The position numbers and the translations under genes were made by a program. Of a DNA stretch of 64,000 nucleotides, positions 52,699 to 63,154 are shown in pieces. Below the pieces are notes generated by a model that saw only the letters and a program-made list of their open reading frames with translations, was not told the origin of the DNA and searched no databases. Numbering within the stretch: the first letter of the stretch is position 1; each line of letters opens with the position of its first letter. This DNA is from Alphaproteobacteria bacterium (GTDB lineage: Bacteria; Pseudomonadota; Alphaproteobacteria; MPNO01; UBA830): positions 3,392,001-3,456,000 of the forward strand of contig OZ219791.1 of assembly GCA_964291215.2 (NCBI GenBank), given 5' to 3'.

Positions 52699-53370
52699 TC
52701 ATCCCCTCTTCTTGGGCGTCTGCTTCGCGTGGGCGGTTCGAGCCTTGGCCGGAACGTCGGGCCGCTCTTGCTCGGCCTCCAGGAGAAGCGTTGGCGCTTG
52801 CGGCCGGCGCGCGTCCTGGGCCTCCCGAGACAGCGGGACGCGGCGGGGTGCGGGCGGCCGGATGCCCGCGGCGCGCGCCATGGCCTCGTCGAAGCGGCCC
52901 TTCTTGAAGAGGTCGAGGGCGGAAACGCCCGTGGCGGTGTCCACGGCCAAGAGTTGGGCGCGGGTGCCGGCCTGGTTGCCCTGGTCGAGGCGGCGGATGG
53001 CGGCCAGCATCCGACGAATCGCTTGGTCGTGCCTGGCGGAGACGGCCTTGCCGCTGGCCCAATGGTGGACGCTCCGGCGCGAGACATCGAACAGGTCGCT
53101 CAGCTCCTCCCAGGTAAGGCCGGATCGGCGGCGGATTTCCAGGACGGCCTCGGCCGTGAACTCCGCGGCCACGTGGTCGATCTGACCAGCGGGGCCGGCG
53201 GCCGTCCGTTCGACGAATCGGGGAAAGTCGTAAGTGCTCGCGGTCGCCGATCCTGACAGACCAGTGACAACGAGCAAGGCCGCGAAAGCGGCATCAAGGC
53301 CGGGGCGATACATGGAGCCGACCGCGGACGTGTGCGTGGCTGGCATGTCTCGGAGTGCTGGCGCAGTCAT
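52699..53370 (-). CDS. XRE-type helix-turn-helix protein
   Basis: EIRRRSGLTWEELSDLFDVSRRSVHHWASG; ATGA overlap with the upstream gene. Confidence 0.8.
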   Translation of the reverse strand: MTAPALRDMPATHTSAVGSMYRPGLDAAFAALLVVTGLSGSATASTYDFPRFVERTAAGPAGQIDHVAAEFTAEAVLEIRRRSGLTWEELSDLFDVSRRSVHHWASGKAVSARHDQAIRRMLAAIRRLDQGNQAGTRAQLLAVDTATGVSALDLFKKGRFDEAMARAAGIRPPAPRRVPLSREAQDARRPQAPTLLLEAEQERPDVPAKARTAHAKQTPKKRG

Positions 53371-54185
53371 AACTCACCTCCGTAAAATCTCAGGAACTCG
53401 TCCGTGACCACCTGGCGGAAGAGCCAATAAAGACATGTGGCGAATCCGGTGGCGGTTGTCAGCAACTCTTCGCTCGCAAAGGGTCGCGGCTCCGACGTGA
53501 ACATGTCCAAGTCGAGCACCCAGCTCGGCTCACCGATCGGCTCAAGGGCGTCGGGATCATAGGTCGCGTTCGGCGGCAGTTGACCCCAACATCCCTGGAC
53601 GAGGGCGGCGTCCGGAGCCAGGAATTGCGCCTCGGTCATCAGGTGGATGATCGAATCGTCGAGCGCAAAGGGCGGGTCGTCGGCGGGACGCATGATGCTC
53701 AGGATCTCGCGCTGGATCAGGTCGCCGACGCGATCGACGGCCTCGCCGGTCAGGCGGTCGATGTAGCGCAAGCCGAGGCGCTTGGCGTCCGCGGGCTTGA
53801 ATGCCTCCTCGACCGCGGAAACGACGGCGCGAAGCCGGCCCAGAAAATCGGCTCGGCTGTCATAGTCCGAGGTTTCGAGGGCCACGAAATCTACGCCGAG
53901 GGACACGCGCCACGACGGGTCCGCCTCGCTGTCGGTAAGGCGCCAGACGATACCCTGGCGGACGTTCGGGGTCTGGCCGGCGGTCAGCTCGATGCGGTGA
54001 ACCTGGTCCTCGCCGAGATACGGATAGGTCGCGCGGAGGGCTTCCTGGAAGACGGCAACCTTGTCGGGGTTACGGATCGCCAGGATGGGCGAAAACCGGG
54101 CCTGCGCGATCACGCGCGCCAAGGGCGCCCGGGGTAGCGGCACCTCGGGCGTGGGCGTGGGGTTAAGCGGCCACGGTTCCTTCAT
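53367..54185 (-). CDS. TIGR04255 family protein
   Basis: LPRAPLARVIAQARF, KRLGLRYIDRL, WVLDLD, LFRQVVTDEF; RBS AAGGAGG. Confidence 0.82.
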   Translation of the reverse strand: MKEPWPLNPTPTPEVPLPRAPLARVIAQARFSPILAIRNPDKVAVFQEALRATYPYLGEDQVHRIELTAGQTPNVRQGIVWRLTDSEADPSWRVSLGVDFVALETSDYDSRADFLGRLRAVVSAVEEAFKPADAKRLGLRYIDRLTGEAVDRVGDLIQREILSIMRPADDPPFALDDSIIHLMTEAQFLAPDAALVQGCWGQLPPNATYDPDALEPIGEPSWVLDLDMFTSEPRPFASEELLTTATGFATCLYWLFRQVVTDEFLRFYGGEL

Positions 54186-54323
54186 GTCGGTGTCCTCCTT
54201 GCCTCCGTAGATATGTGAAGTATAATATGAAGTATCACCTCTTGAAAAGGACTTAACGTCGCACCAGATGTGAAATATTGTGTGAGGCAAAGGTTCGACA
54301 GGCCGACAGAAAAAAAATTTCTT
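54186..54323. promoter_or_regulatory. Divergent AT-rich promoter region with TGAA(G/A)TAT repeats
   Basis: TGAAGTAT at 54216 and 54228, TGAAATAT at 54271, TATAAT at 54221. Confidence 0.55.
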
Positions 54324-55580
54324 ATGGAATTTCAATAGCTTGTCCGGGGTCTGCTCGGCAATCTCAGCCCCCTCGACGTGATGCTCGCCGAGATCGCGCT
54401 GCGGATTCAGCTCAGCCCCACGGATCACGGCAAGGCGGTCGGTCGGTACGAGACGGTGAGCGACTGGATCGACCGGCCCGATAGTCCGCTTTGCGGCCTG
54501 GTCGAGCTGACGTACGCCCAAGGCTCGATGGCCATTGATGCCACGATCGCCCGGTGCTCGGATCGGGACGAGTACGACATCGACGCGATGGCGCAGCTCG
54601 GCCTGCCTCGGGACACCGATCCCGAGATCGCGCTGTCGCTGCTGGAGACGAGCATCCGGGGCGAACGCGGCTCGCGCTACTACAACATGACCACGCGCCG
54701 GACCCGGTGCGTCACGATCGAGTACGCGGACGGGATGCACCTAGACGTGACGCCGGCGATTCTCTTGCCGGACCTGATCGAGCGGACCTCGTTCATCTTC
54801 CACTTCAAGCCCGAGGACCCGAGAGAGCCCAAGCTGCGGCTCCACGCCAATCCCTATGGCTTCGCCGGGTGATTCAAGGAGATGACGCCGGCCGACGTGG
54901 CGTTCGCCGAGTATTTCGAGCGGCGCTCCCTGGAGGAGGCGCGGATTCGCGCCATGGCCAAGGGCGAGACGGAGCCAGTGCCGAACCAGATGCCGGCCTA
55001 TCGCAAGTCGATGGCCTTGATCGCGCTCCAGCTCATCAAGCGCTACCGCAACGTGCGCTATGAGCGCCGGCCCAGCCTGCGGCGGCCGCCGTCGGTGCTG
55101 CTGTGCAAGTATGTCGCCGACCACGCGAACCGGACGACGACGCTGGCGGAGGAGGTGCTGCATCAGGCGTCGGCCATGCTGGATATTTTCGAGGCGGCGC
55201 ACCGGGCCGGCCGGTTCGTCCACGAGGTGAACCCGAGGTGCCTGACCGACGTGCTGACCGATCGCTGGTCGGCGAGCGCGGAGGACCAGGCCCGCTTCAT
55301 CGCCGACCAGCGCGAACTGACCCAAATGCTGGTGCGGCTCCTGGAGGGCGTGCCGCTGGAGGAGATGCGGAAGACTCTCGAAGACCTGTTCGGCGAGCGG
55401 CCGGCGCGCGATGTCGTGTCGGACTACATCAAGCGCTACGGCTGGCAGGTGGGACACGGGGGCGGCGCTCACCTGCCGAGGATCGGACAGGTCCCGGCGG
55501 CCGGCGTGATGCTCGGCTCGATGCCGACGGCGGCGCGAAGCACGCCGGGGCACCGCTTCTTCGGCGATGAACCGGAATGA
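54324..55580 (+). pseudogene. cGAS/DncV-like nucleotidyltransferase (CD-NTase, CBASS cyclase) with in-frame stops
   Basis: YAQGSMAIDATI, EYDIDA, RCVTIEYADGMHLDVTP, ANPYGFAG*F, LQLIKRYRN, PPSVLL, C-terminal HRFFG; TAG at 54336 and TGA at 54870. Confidence 0.85.
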
Positions 55581-56030
55581 CTTGGCTGACCGTCCAGGAG
55601 CAGGACCGACGGATTCGGGAGGTCTTCCCGGAGTTCAAGCTGACCCTGAACGCCGGCTGGATGGCAGTGTGGGAGGGACCGCTGACGCCGATCATGCGGC
55701 GTTATCGCGTCCGCGTCGTACATTTCCGGCGCCGGTTCTTCGACACCTGGTCGCTGGAGAACGACTATGCCGCGGTCCAGGTGGTCGATCCCGTGATCGG
55801 GCTCGACCCGCGCGGCACGAGGCAATTGCCGCCGCACATCTACTTCAACATGGCCAACCCGCCATGTCCCCGGCTTTGCCTGTACGACCCGAAGGAGAGG
55901 CTTTGGGCCCCGGAGGAATACATCGCGGACACGATCATCCCCTGGACCATCGACTGGCTGTTCTTTTCGAGGGCTGGCTTGATACGGGGACGTGGGAAGG
56001 CGGGGGACGACACCCGGAGAGAAGGTCAAG
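55577..56030 (+). pseudogene. Prokaryotic E2 enzyme of type II-short CBASS (1-bp frameshift near 55965)
   Basis: VWEGPLTP, PHIY, LCLYDP...W...IADTIIPWTIDWL, then EGWLDTGTWEGGGRHP in the next frame; ATGA overlap with the CD-NTase; true 3' end uncertain. Confidence 0.8.
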
Positions 56031-56033
56031 CTC

Positions 56034-56546
56034 ATGCCCCAGAACGGACGCCTCGGACCCGGAGAGCCGCGATCGGTTGGATCGCTCCGTCGCCGCCGGG
56101 TTCCACAGGCTTGGCCAAAGGATCGGCGTTTTCGCATCCTTTCCATTGATGGAGGTGGCATCCGAGGGGTGTTTCCCGCCACTCTCCTGGGAGAGCTGGA
56201 GCGGCGGCACACCGGTGGCCGACCGATTGGCGAGTATTTTGATCTCGTCGCCGGCACCTCCACGGGCGGCATCCTTGCCCTTGGCCTTGCGGCGGGGCTC
56301 ACGGCCGGGGAGTTGCAAGATCTTTATGTCCGGTGCGGACCCGAAATCTTTCCGCGTCTCGTCGGAGGCTGGCTTGGCCGCGTGATCGGCTGGCTGACCT
56401 GGCCCTAGTACCTGGGCAACGCCCGTTACGACCGGAAAGCACTGAGCGAGATACTCGGCGAGACGCTGGGAGACCGAACCATTGGCGACGCCAAGGTGCG
56501 CCTGTGCGTCCCGTGCTTCGACGGCCGGAATAGCGAGGTCTATGCT
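56034..56546 (+). pseudogene. capV: Patatin-like phospholipase (CapV-type CBASS effector), nonsense codon and IS30 truncation
   Basis: RILSIDGGGIRG, FDLVAGTSTGGILALGL; TAG at 56406; IS30 starts at 56547. Confidence 0.83.
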
Positions 56547-57710
56547 CCCCACTTCCAGTCTGAAGTGCAACACCCGGCCCTCATCGCAGTGAGGGCCGGG
56601 TGTTGCACAAGTTTCCCTCTCTGCCCCTCTCGATTCCGCCTGGGAACAGCTTCAGTTCCTTCAACATCGAGCTTATGCAACGCCTTTGTCGGCTTCAAGC
56701 CACTATTTCGCCGTCGCGCGGCATGGACCCTGCTGCACGTTGCGGCTGCGGAACATGGCGCAGATGGTCAGGGCGGTTTCACTTCAAGATTACCTCCGTC
56801 GGCGATCCCAGGACTTTCCGAGTGTTGAGCCGCACCTTCTGAACATCTTCGTTGCATGTCGCGCGAAAGTCCGTGCCCTTCGGGAAGTACTCCCGCACCA
56901 GGCCGTTGGTGTGCTCATTCAAGCCGCGCTCCCAAGAATGGAAAGGCGAAGAAGAAATCTGCGTCAAGTGCGACGCGCCTGTGGTCTGCGAACTCCTTGC
57001 CGTTGTGATTGTGTGGACCAATAGCGCACCAGAGCCGAGCAGGCGGATCATGACCGAACCGACCGGGTCTTTCTGTCCACCCGGCAAGGTGTATTTCGTG
57101 GCACGAGCGACACGACAGCTCCACTGTGAGCTTTGCCGATGATGGCTCCCAGTCGCCGATCCGTTCCTTTGCCTCCGCAGGGCGCTCGGAAATGTCCACC
57201 CGGCCGGAATGGCATCCGCCCTTCCAGTTCGGCTTCTTGCCGCGCCGCCGAAGCTTCAAGGCGCCCCCAGCTCTCCGATCTTCGGCGATCATAGATCCGT
57301 TGCCGACCCACGGCCTTCCAGTCGAAAACGGCCGCTGCTCGGGGCCCTCCCGCAGCTTTTTCTGAGCTTCAGCTCGAGGCGTCAACCGCCAAGAAACAGA
57401 CGAGGCGGCCCTGCGTTTCTGCCATCCTTTGCGCCTGCTTGTGACGGTAACCCCGTCCCCCGGTGTTGCGCTTGATCTCCCGGAAAATTGTTGATCGGCC
57501 CAGCTGCCGAGCAATCGCACCTTGTGAAAGACCGCTTTTCTGCCTCAATCTGGCATCGCTCTTCGTAGGTGACGGTAGCCTTTGGACATGAACAAGCTCC
57601 CTCCATCTTGTACAGGAACTCTCGCCGCTGCTGGACAGCTCCGCAACATCATGCGTCTAAAAACACATGGCCACAGCCCATCATGTGTTGCACTTCACTA
57701 TGGAACGGGG
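56547..57710 (-). mobile_element. IS30-family element, both ends present, degenerate transposase
   Basis: IR pair; RIGDWE, NGKEFA, PFHSWERGLNEHTNGLVREYFPKGTDF, RKVLG. Confidence 0.92.
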
Positions 57711-57796
57711 GGGGGGGTCATTTCCGCGCCGGCATGTTAAGTATGATTCATTGATAGAGGGGGACTGATCAAGTCAACTCACGAGGTCAGGACGTC

Positions 57797-57910
57797 TGAA
57801 TTTTCCGCGCCGAGAAGGTCTCATTGAGCCTTGGCGGTACGATTGCAGCGCGACGCAGACCGAACAATCTCGCCGGTCGCCGCTGGATTAGCAGCGTGGG
57901 ATCGTCGTGG
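57797..57910. repeat. MITE-like repeat, copy 4 (partial)
   Basis: Matches ~30497-30608; ends TGGGATCGTCGTGG. Confidence 0.8.
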
Positions 57911-58125
57911 CACCGGGCCGTGCGCGGAAGCGGGTGACAGGCCGGGAGGCGATGGCGCCAACAGTCGGGTCCCATCCTGCCGGGGATATGTCCATCCCGT
58001 CAAGGCCGGATGCCGATTGACAGCCGGCTGTGTACGCCCCACACTGCCAATGCTGACTTTGGCGTCTGGCGTCGCCCGGAGCGCAATCGTCAGGATCCGT
58101 CATGAAATGCAACGGGGGCCTGTCC

Positions 58126-58890
58126 ATGGCAGTGGTCGTTCCGACTAACAAGTCCGTGGAAACGCTCGAGGGCATTCACCTTTACCACGGGGGCATTTCG
58201 AACTGCTCGATGTGGGTCCGCATGACGCTGATCGAGAAGGGTCTGCCTTGGACTGGTCACCATCTCGACCTGAAGCTCAAGGAAAACATTTCGGGCGAGT
58301 ACTTCGGCATCAATCCGAACGGTCTAGTGCCGACTCTGATCGACAATGGCGTCGTCCATATCGAATCCAACGATATCATCGACTATCTCGACGAAACCTA
58401 CCCCGACCCCTCGCTGCGCGCCTCTGGCAATGAAGACGAGATGCTTGAATGGCTTCGTCTTTCAGCGTCCATCCACGTGCCGGCGATCAAGCCGTATGTC
58501 TACGCGACCAAGATGCAGAAGAAATTGAAGAAGACTGCCGAAGAGCAAAAAAAGTACGACGAGCTTCAGAAGAACGAGGAGATGAAAGAATTCCACGCGA
58601 AACATGCCGGTGGCAGCCAGTTCGGCGAGGAGGATATTGCCAAGGCAAAGGAGATACTTGAGGGGTGTTTCACCAAACTCGAAAACACCCTGGAGGGCCG
58701 TGAATGGATCATGGGCGATCAGTTCACCCTGGCTGACATTTCCTGGATCCCCACGCACTTCGTGCTCGAAGGATGCGGCTATCCGTTCAAAGACTACCCG
58801 AACGTTCTGTGCTGGGCGGCGGCTTTTCAGGACCGGGAGAGCTACAGGGGCGGTATCCTGAAGTGGTGCCCGGATTTCTCAAAAGTCTGA
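58126..58890 (+). CDS. Glutathione S-transferase family protein
   Basis: SNCS, INPNGLVPTL, IESNDIIDYLD, FTLADI. Confidence 0.9.
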   Translation: MAVVVPTNKSVETLEGIHLYHGGISNCSMWVRMTLIEKGLPWTGHHLDLKLKENISGEYFGINPNGLVPTLIDNGVVHIESNDIIDYLDETYPDPSLRASGNEDEMLEWLRLSASIHVPAIKPYVYATKMQKKLKKTAEEQKKYDELQKNEEMKEFHAKHAGGSQFGEEDIAKAKEILEGCFTKLENTLEGREWIMGDQFTLADISWIPTHFVLEGCGYPFKDYPNVLCWAAAFQDRESYRGGILKWCPDFSKV

Positions 58891-58984
58891 GTTTCCGGCA
58901 GCGATAAGGCACTCTGATTTCCCGAACCGAACAGCGGGATGTGCAGTCAGGGTAGTCGCCTTCTGTAATCGGGTCCGTAGTCAA

Positions 58985-60127
58985 GCAGCCCCTCGGACCC
59001 TATCAATCTAACGTACTTAACTCCGTGTCTTTATCTCCTTCCGAGTGGTTCTCGTCCCAGTCCTCCTTGGCCCGAATGCCGATGACGGCCTGAGACAGGA
59101 ACCTGACGCCCTCCCATAGCTTCTGTGTGCCGGGCAGCGGCTGGCGCTTCGAGGGATGGAAGCCGGCCAGCCCGCCGGTGAGCGCGACGAAGCTCATGAT
59201 GGTCATGTCCGGCGGTGCCCGGGGAAGCTTGATGCCGTAATAGGTGGCGAGGGCGCAGAGCGCCGTGATGTCCTCCCTCGTGACATACTGTTTGGTCGTT
59301 CGGCCTCTCGCGGGCCAGGATGGAGAGGTCCCAGACCCGGAACGCGGCGTCGAAAGCGAAGCACTTCTTCAGATCGTCGGCCGCGTCGGCGGTCCTCGAT
59401 GCGGGTGCCGACCTTCAGAGCGTGGAAGAAGCGTTCGATCTTCCAGCGCAACTCGTACCAGCGCAAGATGGTGCGAGCGGTCTTGCGATCGGCCTCGGTG
59501 GTCAGCAACATCCAGGGCTCGCCCTTCTTCCCCGCCACGAGGTGATGGGGCGGGTTCTCCTCAAGGGCGGAGACCGCGATCATGCGAATCGGCCCCTCGC
59601 CCCCTTCGGGGCAACCAGGTCCACGGGCGTGCAGCACAGCGTCAGCTTCGCGGCCCTTCCTGCGGTTCGGACCGCCGCAGGCGGGAACCACGATCCGGCA
59701 CCTGGGCTCCGTTTCCAGCACATGGTCCCAGAGGTCTGCGTCGCCGCCCGAACGCAGCGCCACCCGGCGCTGCCTTCCCCGACTCGCCCGGATCAGCAGC
59801 GCTGCCCCGGTTTCCTCGGCCCGCGAGATCATCTCCCAGAAGTCGCCCTCGCGGTCGCAGACCGTCACCACGCGGGTGTCGTCCAGACAGGCGCGCGCAA
59901 GTTTCTGCGCGCGGTCGAGGATCCAGCGGACGCTGTCCTTGTCCTCAGCCTGGCGGAAGTCGGCGGCCGCTTCGAACATTCCGAGCGGCCCGCGTTCACC
60001 GCCATGCCGACCAGGATGCCCGAGGTGCCCTTGCCGCCGCCGCCGCCGAGGTCGTCGAGGCCCGATGTCCCCGACAGGCCGTCGTAGGTGTCCTGCACGG
60101 CCAGCACCAGCCGCTCTGCGCGGCACC
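58985..60127 (-). mobile_element. IS4-family (IS50/Tn5-like) transposase remnant
   Basis: VCDREGDFWE, WMLLTT, YELRWKIERFFHALK, LAGFHPSKRQPLPG. Confidence 0.85.
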
Positions 60128-60201
60128 GCTCCGCAACATCATGCGTCTAAAAACACATGGACACAGCCCATCATGTGTTGCACTTCACTATGGAACGGGG
60201 G
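60128..60201 (-). mobile_element. IS30 left-end fragment (~74 bp)
   Basis: Near-identical to 57638-57710. Confidence 0.85.
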
Positions 60202-61768
60202 TGATATAGAAGGGACGAAGAATCTCGCTTTGGGGCGGGAATTGGCCGATCAGACCGGGAATCCGCCGGATTTTCGGAAAACTTCGCGAGAATTGCCATG
60301 CGAAACGTCATCAGCCCGCAGCTGGAATTGGGTCAGGTTGCGATCGAGAAGATCGATCTCAGCGAAAACTCGCGGGATGACATCCCACCGATGCTGCGCG
60401 GGATTCAGCACGTGTATGCCGACCCGGCTGTTCAAGATCCTGGAGGAGGGGATTCTTCCGAGAGTGTCCCACAGGAAAGGGCGTCCCGGCGCTGTGGAAG
60501 ATCCTGGTGTCCTGAAGCAGGGCTTGGGGTATGACCTTGATCATCTGCACGAGCTGGTGAACGAGACGGTTCGCAAGTTCCTGGACCACGGCGATATCCG
60601 GGACAACACGAGGTACAGCTATCGGACGGTGCTGGAGAACGTCAGCCATCTGACGCCGGAAGTGCTGGAGAAGGTATCGCAGCTGGTGGCGGAGAGCGGC
60701 CATGCGATGGTCCGCAAGAGCAAGTCGGACGGGTCCTTTGCGGGGCCGCTGCGATTCGTTCGTGGTGCACTACCCGACGGACGTCAACCTGCTGCAGGAT
60801 GCGTTGCCTGGTGCGCGGCCGCGCAGCCGTGCTCGCGGGGGTAGCGGCAGTGGTAGAATCGGAACCGCGGGAAGCGCTTTCAGAAGAGACCAGGCGGGCC
60901 TCTTCGGAGGACGGTACCTCGACGACAGTCGGGAGTTGGAGCGCAGGAGACGGTTCCGGCACTTGTGGAGAAGGGCGTCGGGGCCTTCAGGATTCTCAAG
61001 ATCGAATCGTACCTCAACCATGCCCGCCGGCAGATCGACCAGGTGGACCGCCGCCTAAGGCGAGAAGATCCCGCGGGAAGAGAAGGTGTTTTCGATCTTT
61101 GAGGAGCGCTGGTGCGTGAAGGGCAAGTGCCGGTGGAACTCGGCGTGCCGGTGGCCGTGCTGGAGGACCAGCACGGTTTCCTCCTGCACCACCGGATCCT
61201 GTGGGAGGGCAGTGACGTGGACCATGCGGTGCCCATGATCCGGGAAGCACAGGCTCGCTTCCCCGACCTGTGCAGTTTCGATCGCGGGTTCCACAGCCCC
61301 CGGATTGCACTGGACGAGCTGCTGGACGCGCTGCTGAAGAAGGGAAAGCCTGGTCGGGCGGAACGGGAAGCTGAGACGACGTTCCGGGAGATGCGCCGAC
61401 AGCATCCGGTCGTGGGGTCGGCGATCAACAATCTTGGGCAACGCGACATGGACCGGGTCCTGTGGGGTGGACGGCTTTGCGCGGATGGTGGCGCTGTCCA
61501 TGGTCGCCTTCAATTGTCCACCGTCTGCTGCTGCACGGACGGGCCCGACGACGACGAAAACGCGCCGCCTGACGGCGGTGCCCCTCCACCCCACCCACCC
61601 GCCGGGAGCGGGAACGGAGCCGCTCGTCCGGCTTCTCGGCTGGAAGAGCCCTGATACCGCCGCGAATCAGCAGGAATCCCCCGAAAACGGAGCGGGACCC
61701 GGAAGGGCGATCAAACCAGAAATTTCGCCGGAATCTCAGCCAAAACGGTCATTTCCGCGCGGGCACTA
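60202..61768 (+). mobile_element. ISNCY/IS5-like transposase remnant
   Basis: MRNVISPQLELG...SRDDIP, EKVFSIFE, VELGVPV, SFDRGFHS, RRQHPVVGSAINNL; end GGTCATTTCCGCGC also seen at ~57716. Confidence 0.75.
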
Positions 61769-62209
61769 ACTCATCGACGCCTCCCGGTTCGGGGTTCGCG
61801 CACTGCGGTCGGATGCTTTGCGCGACATACGCAAGATTGCTACACGGGCTAAAGCCTCGCATTCCGGCGAGGGCTTCAAGCGACTGTTGACAGTACCGCC
61901 GTCTCGGCCCGCGGGTGCTCGGTTCCATGGGTTGCGACAATCCCTGCTACAGCCGTTATCCTTCGTTGTCCAACCGCCAATTCGGAAGGTGCCGAAAGAG
62001 ATCCTGGCCGGACCCAGGGTGGCGATATCTCCGCCGTCGCCGGGGGGGCTTCGTCAGGACATCTCCTGGCCGCGGTCGCATTCCGACGCGTGCGCAGCAG
62101 CTCGGCGCCTGCCTGTCATGCTAAACCTTGCATGGTGCGCAGGAATGTCGATAGTGTGCCGGATCGGGGCTGGGTATGCTGGCCGCGGTCCCGGTACGGG
62201 AGACGCGCA

Positions 62210-63154
62210 GTGAAGGCGATTCGTTTCGACCGGTTTGGCGGGCCCGGAGAGTTGCGGCTCGTCGACATGCCGGATCCGGTTCCAGGAGATGGCGAAGTCC
62301 TGATCGAGGTGCATGCGGTCAGCGTCGTGCCTGGCGACTGCAAGCTGCGGAATGGCGATCTTGTCGACCATTTTCCGGTGACGCCGCCCAAGGTGCCGGG
62401 GAGGGATGGCGCCGGCATCGTCCGCGGCGTCGGCGGCGGGGTCGCGGGTTTCGGCCCGGGCGACCGGGTCTGCTTCACCTGTCAGCATGTCGATCAGGGA
62501 TCCTATGCCGAGCTCACCTGTCGTCCTGTCGCCGAGGTGGTTGCCATGCCCGAGCGGCTGGATTTCATCGAGGCTGCGGCGGTGATGCATGCGGGCGTCT
62601 GCGCCCACATCGCGATCGTCGGAACCGCCGACGTGAAGATCGGAGACAGGGTACTGGTCCAAGCCGCTGCAGGTGCCATCGGCGGCATGGCCGTGCAGCT
62701 ATGCAGACATCTCGGCGCCGAGGTCACTGGCACCTGCAGTGCCCGTAATGCCGACCATGTGAGGGCGTTGGGCGCCGAGCGAGTCATCGCCTATGACGTG
62801 GAGGATTTCGCGGCGGTGGCTGGGGAGCAGGATGTCGTGCTCGATCTGGTGGGCGGGAACGTCCATGCGCGTTCTCGCACCGTCCTGCGGCCGGGCGGGA
62901 TGCTGGTCTGGCTCATTGCCCTGCCTTTCGGGGAGGAGGATGACGGGCGGGATGTCGTGGTGCGGCAGGCGATCATCAAGGACAACCTCGAGATTCTGTC
63001 GGCTGTGGTTACGCTGGCCGAGGAAGGGCATCTTCGACCGCTGATCAGCCGCGTGCTGCCGCTTGAGGAGGCGGCCCAGGCCCATCGCATCGTCGAGACC
63101 GGCGAGAACACCCGTGGCCGCCTCGTGCTTGAGGTCCGGCGGCCTTCGGCATGA
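62210..63154 (+). CDS. NADP-dependent oxidoreductase (MDR / quinone reductase family)
   Basis: PGRDGAGIV, GSYAE, AAAGAIG, GRLVL. Confidence 0.88.
   Translation: MKAIRFDRFGGPGELRLVDMPDPVPGDGEVLIEVHAVSVVPGDCKLRNGDLVDHFPVTPPKVPGRDGAGIVRGVGGGVAGFGPGDRVCFTCQHVDQGSYAELTCRPVAEVVAMPERLDFIEAAAVMHAGVCAHIAIVGTADVKIGDRVLVQAAAGAIGGMAVQLCRHLGAEVTGTCSARNADHVRALGAERVIAYDVEDFAAVAGEQDVVLDLVGGNVHARSRTVLRPGGMLVWLIALPFGEEDDGRDVVVRQAIIKDNLEILSAVVTLAEEGHLRPLISRVLPLEEAAQAHRIVETGENTRGRLVLEVRRPSA

Noticed and set aside
53367-54740. 457-aa ORF as one protein
   Set aside because: The N-terminal part is antisense to the CD-NTase; a strong RBS supports the start at 54185
54870-54872. In-frame TGA in the CD-NTase as selenocysteine or programmed readthrough
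   Set aside because: The position fits a Trp (TGG to TGA), and other nonsense codons occur in the same operon
56565-56608. Perfect ~19-bp hairpin as an independent ncRNA
   Set aside because: Part of the IS30 right end and also present, with an insert, in the 51435-51631 copy
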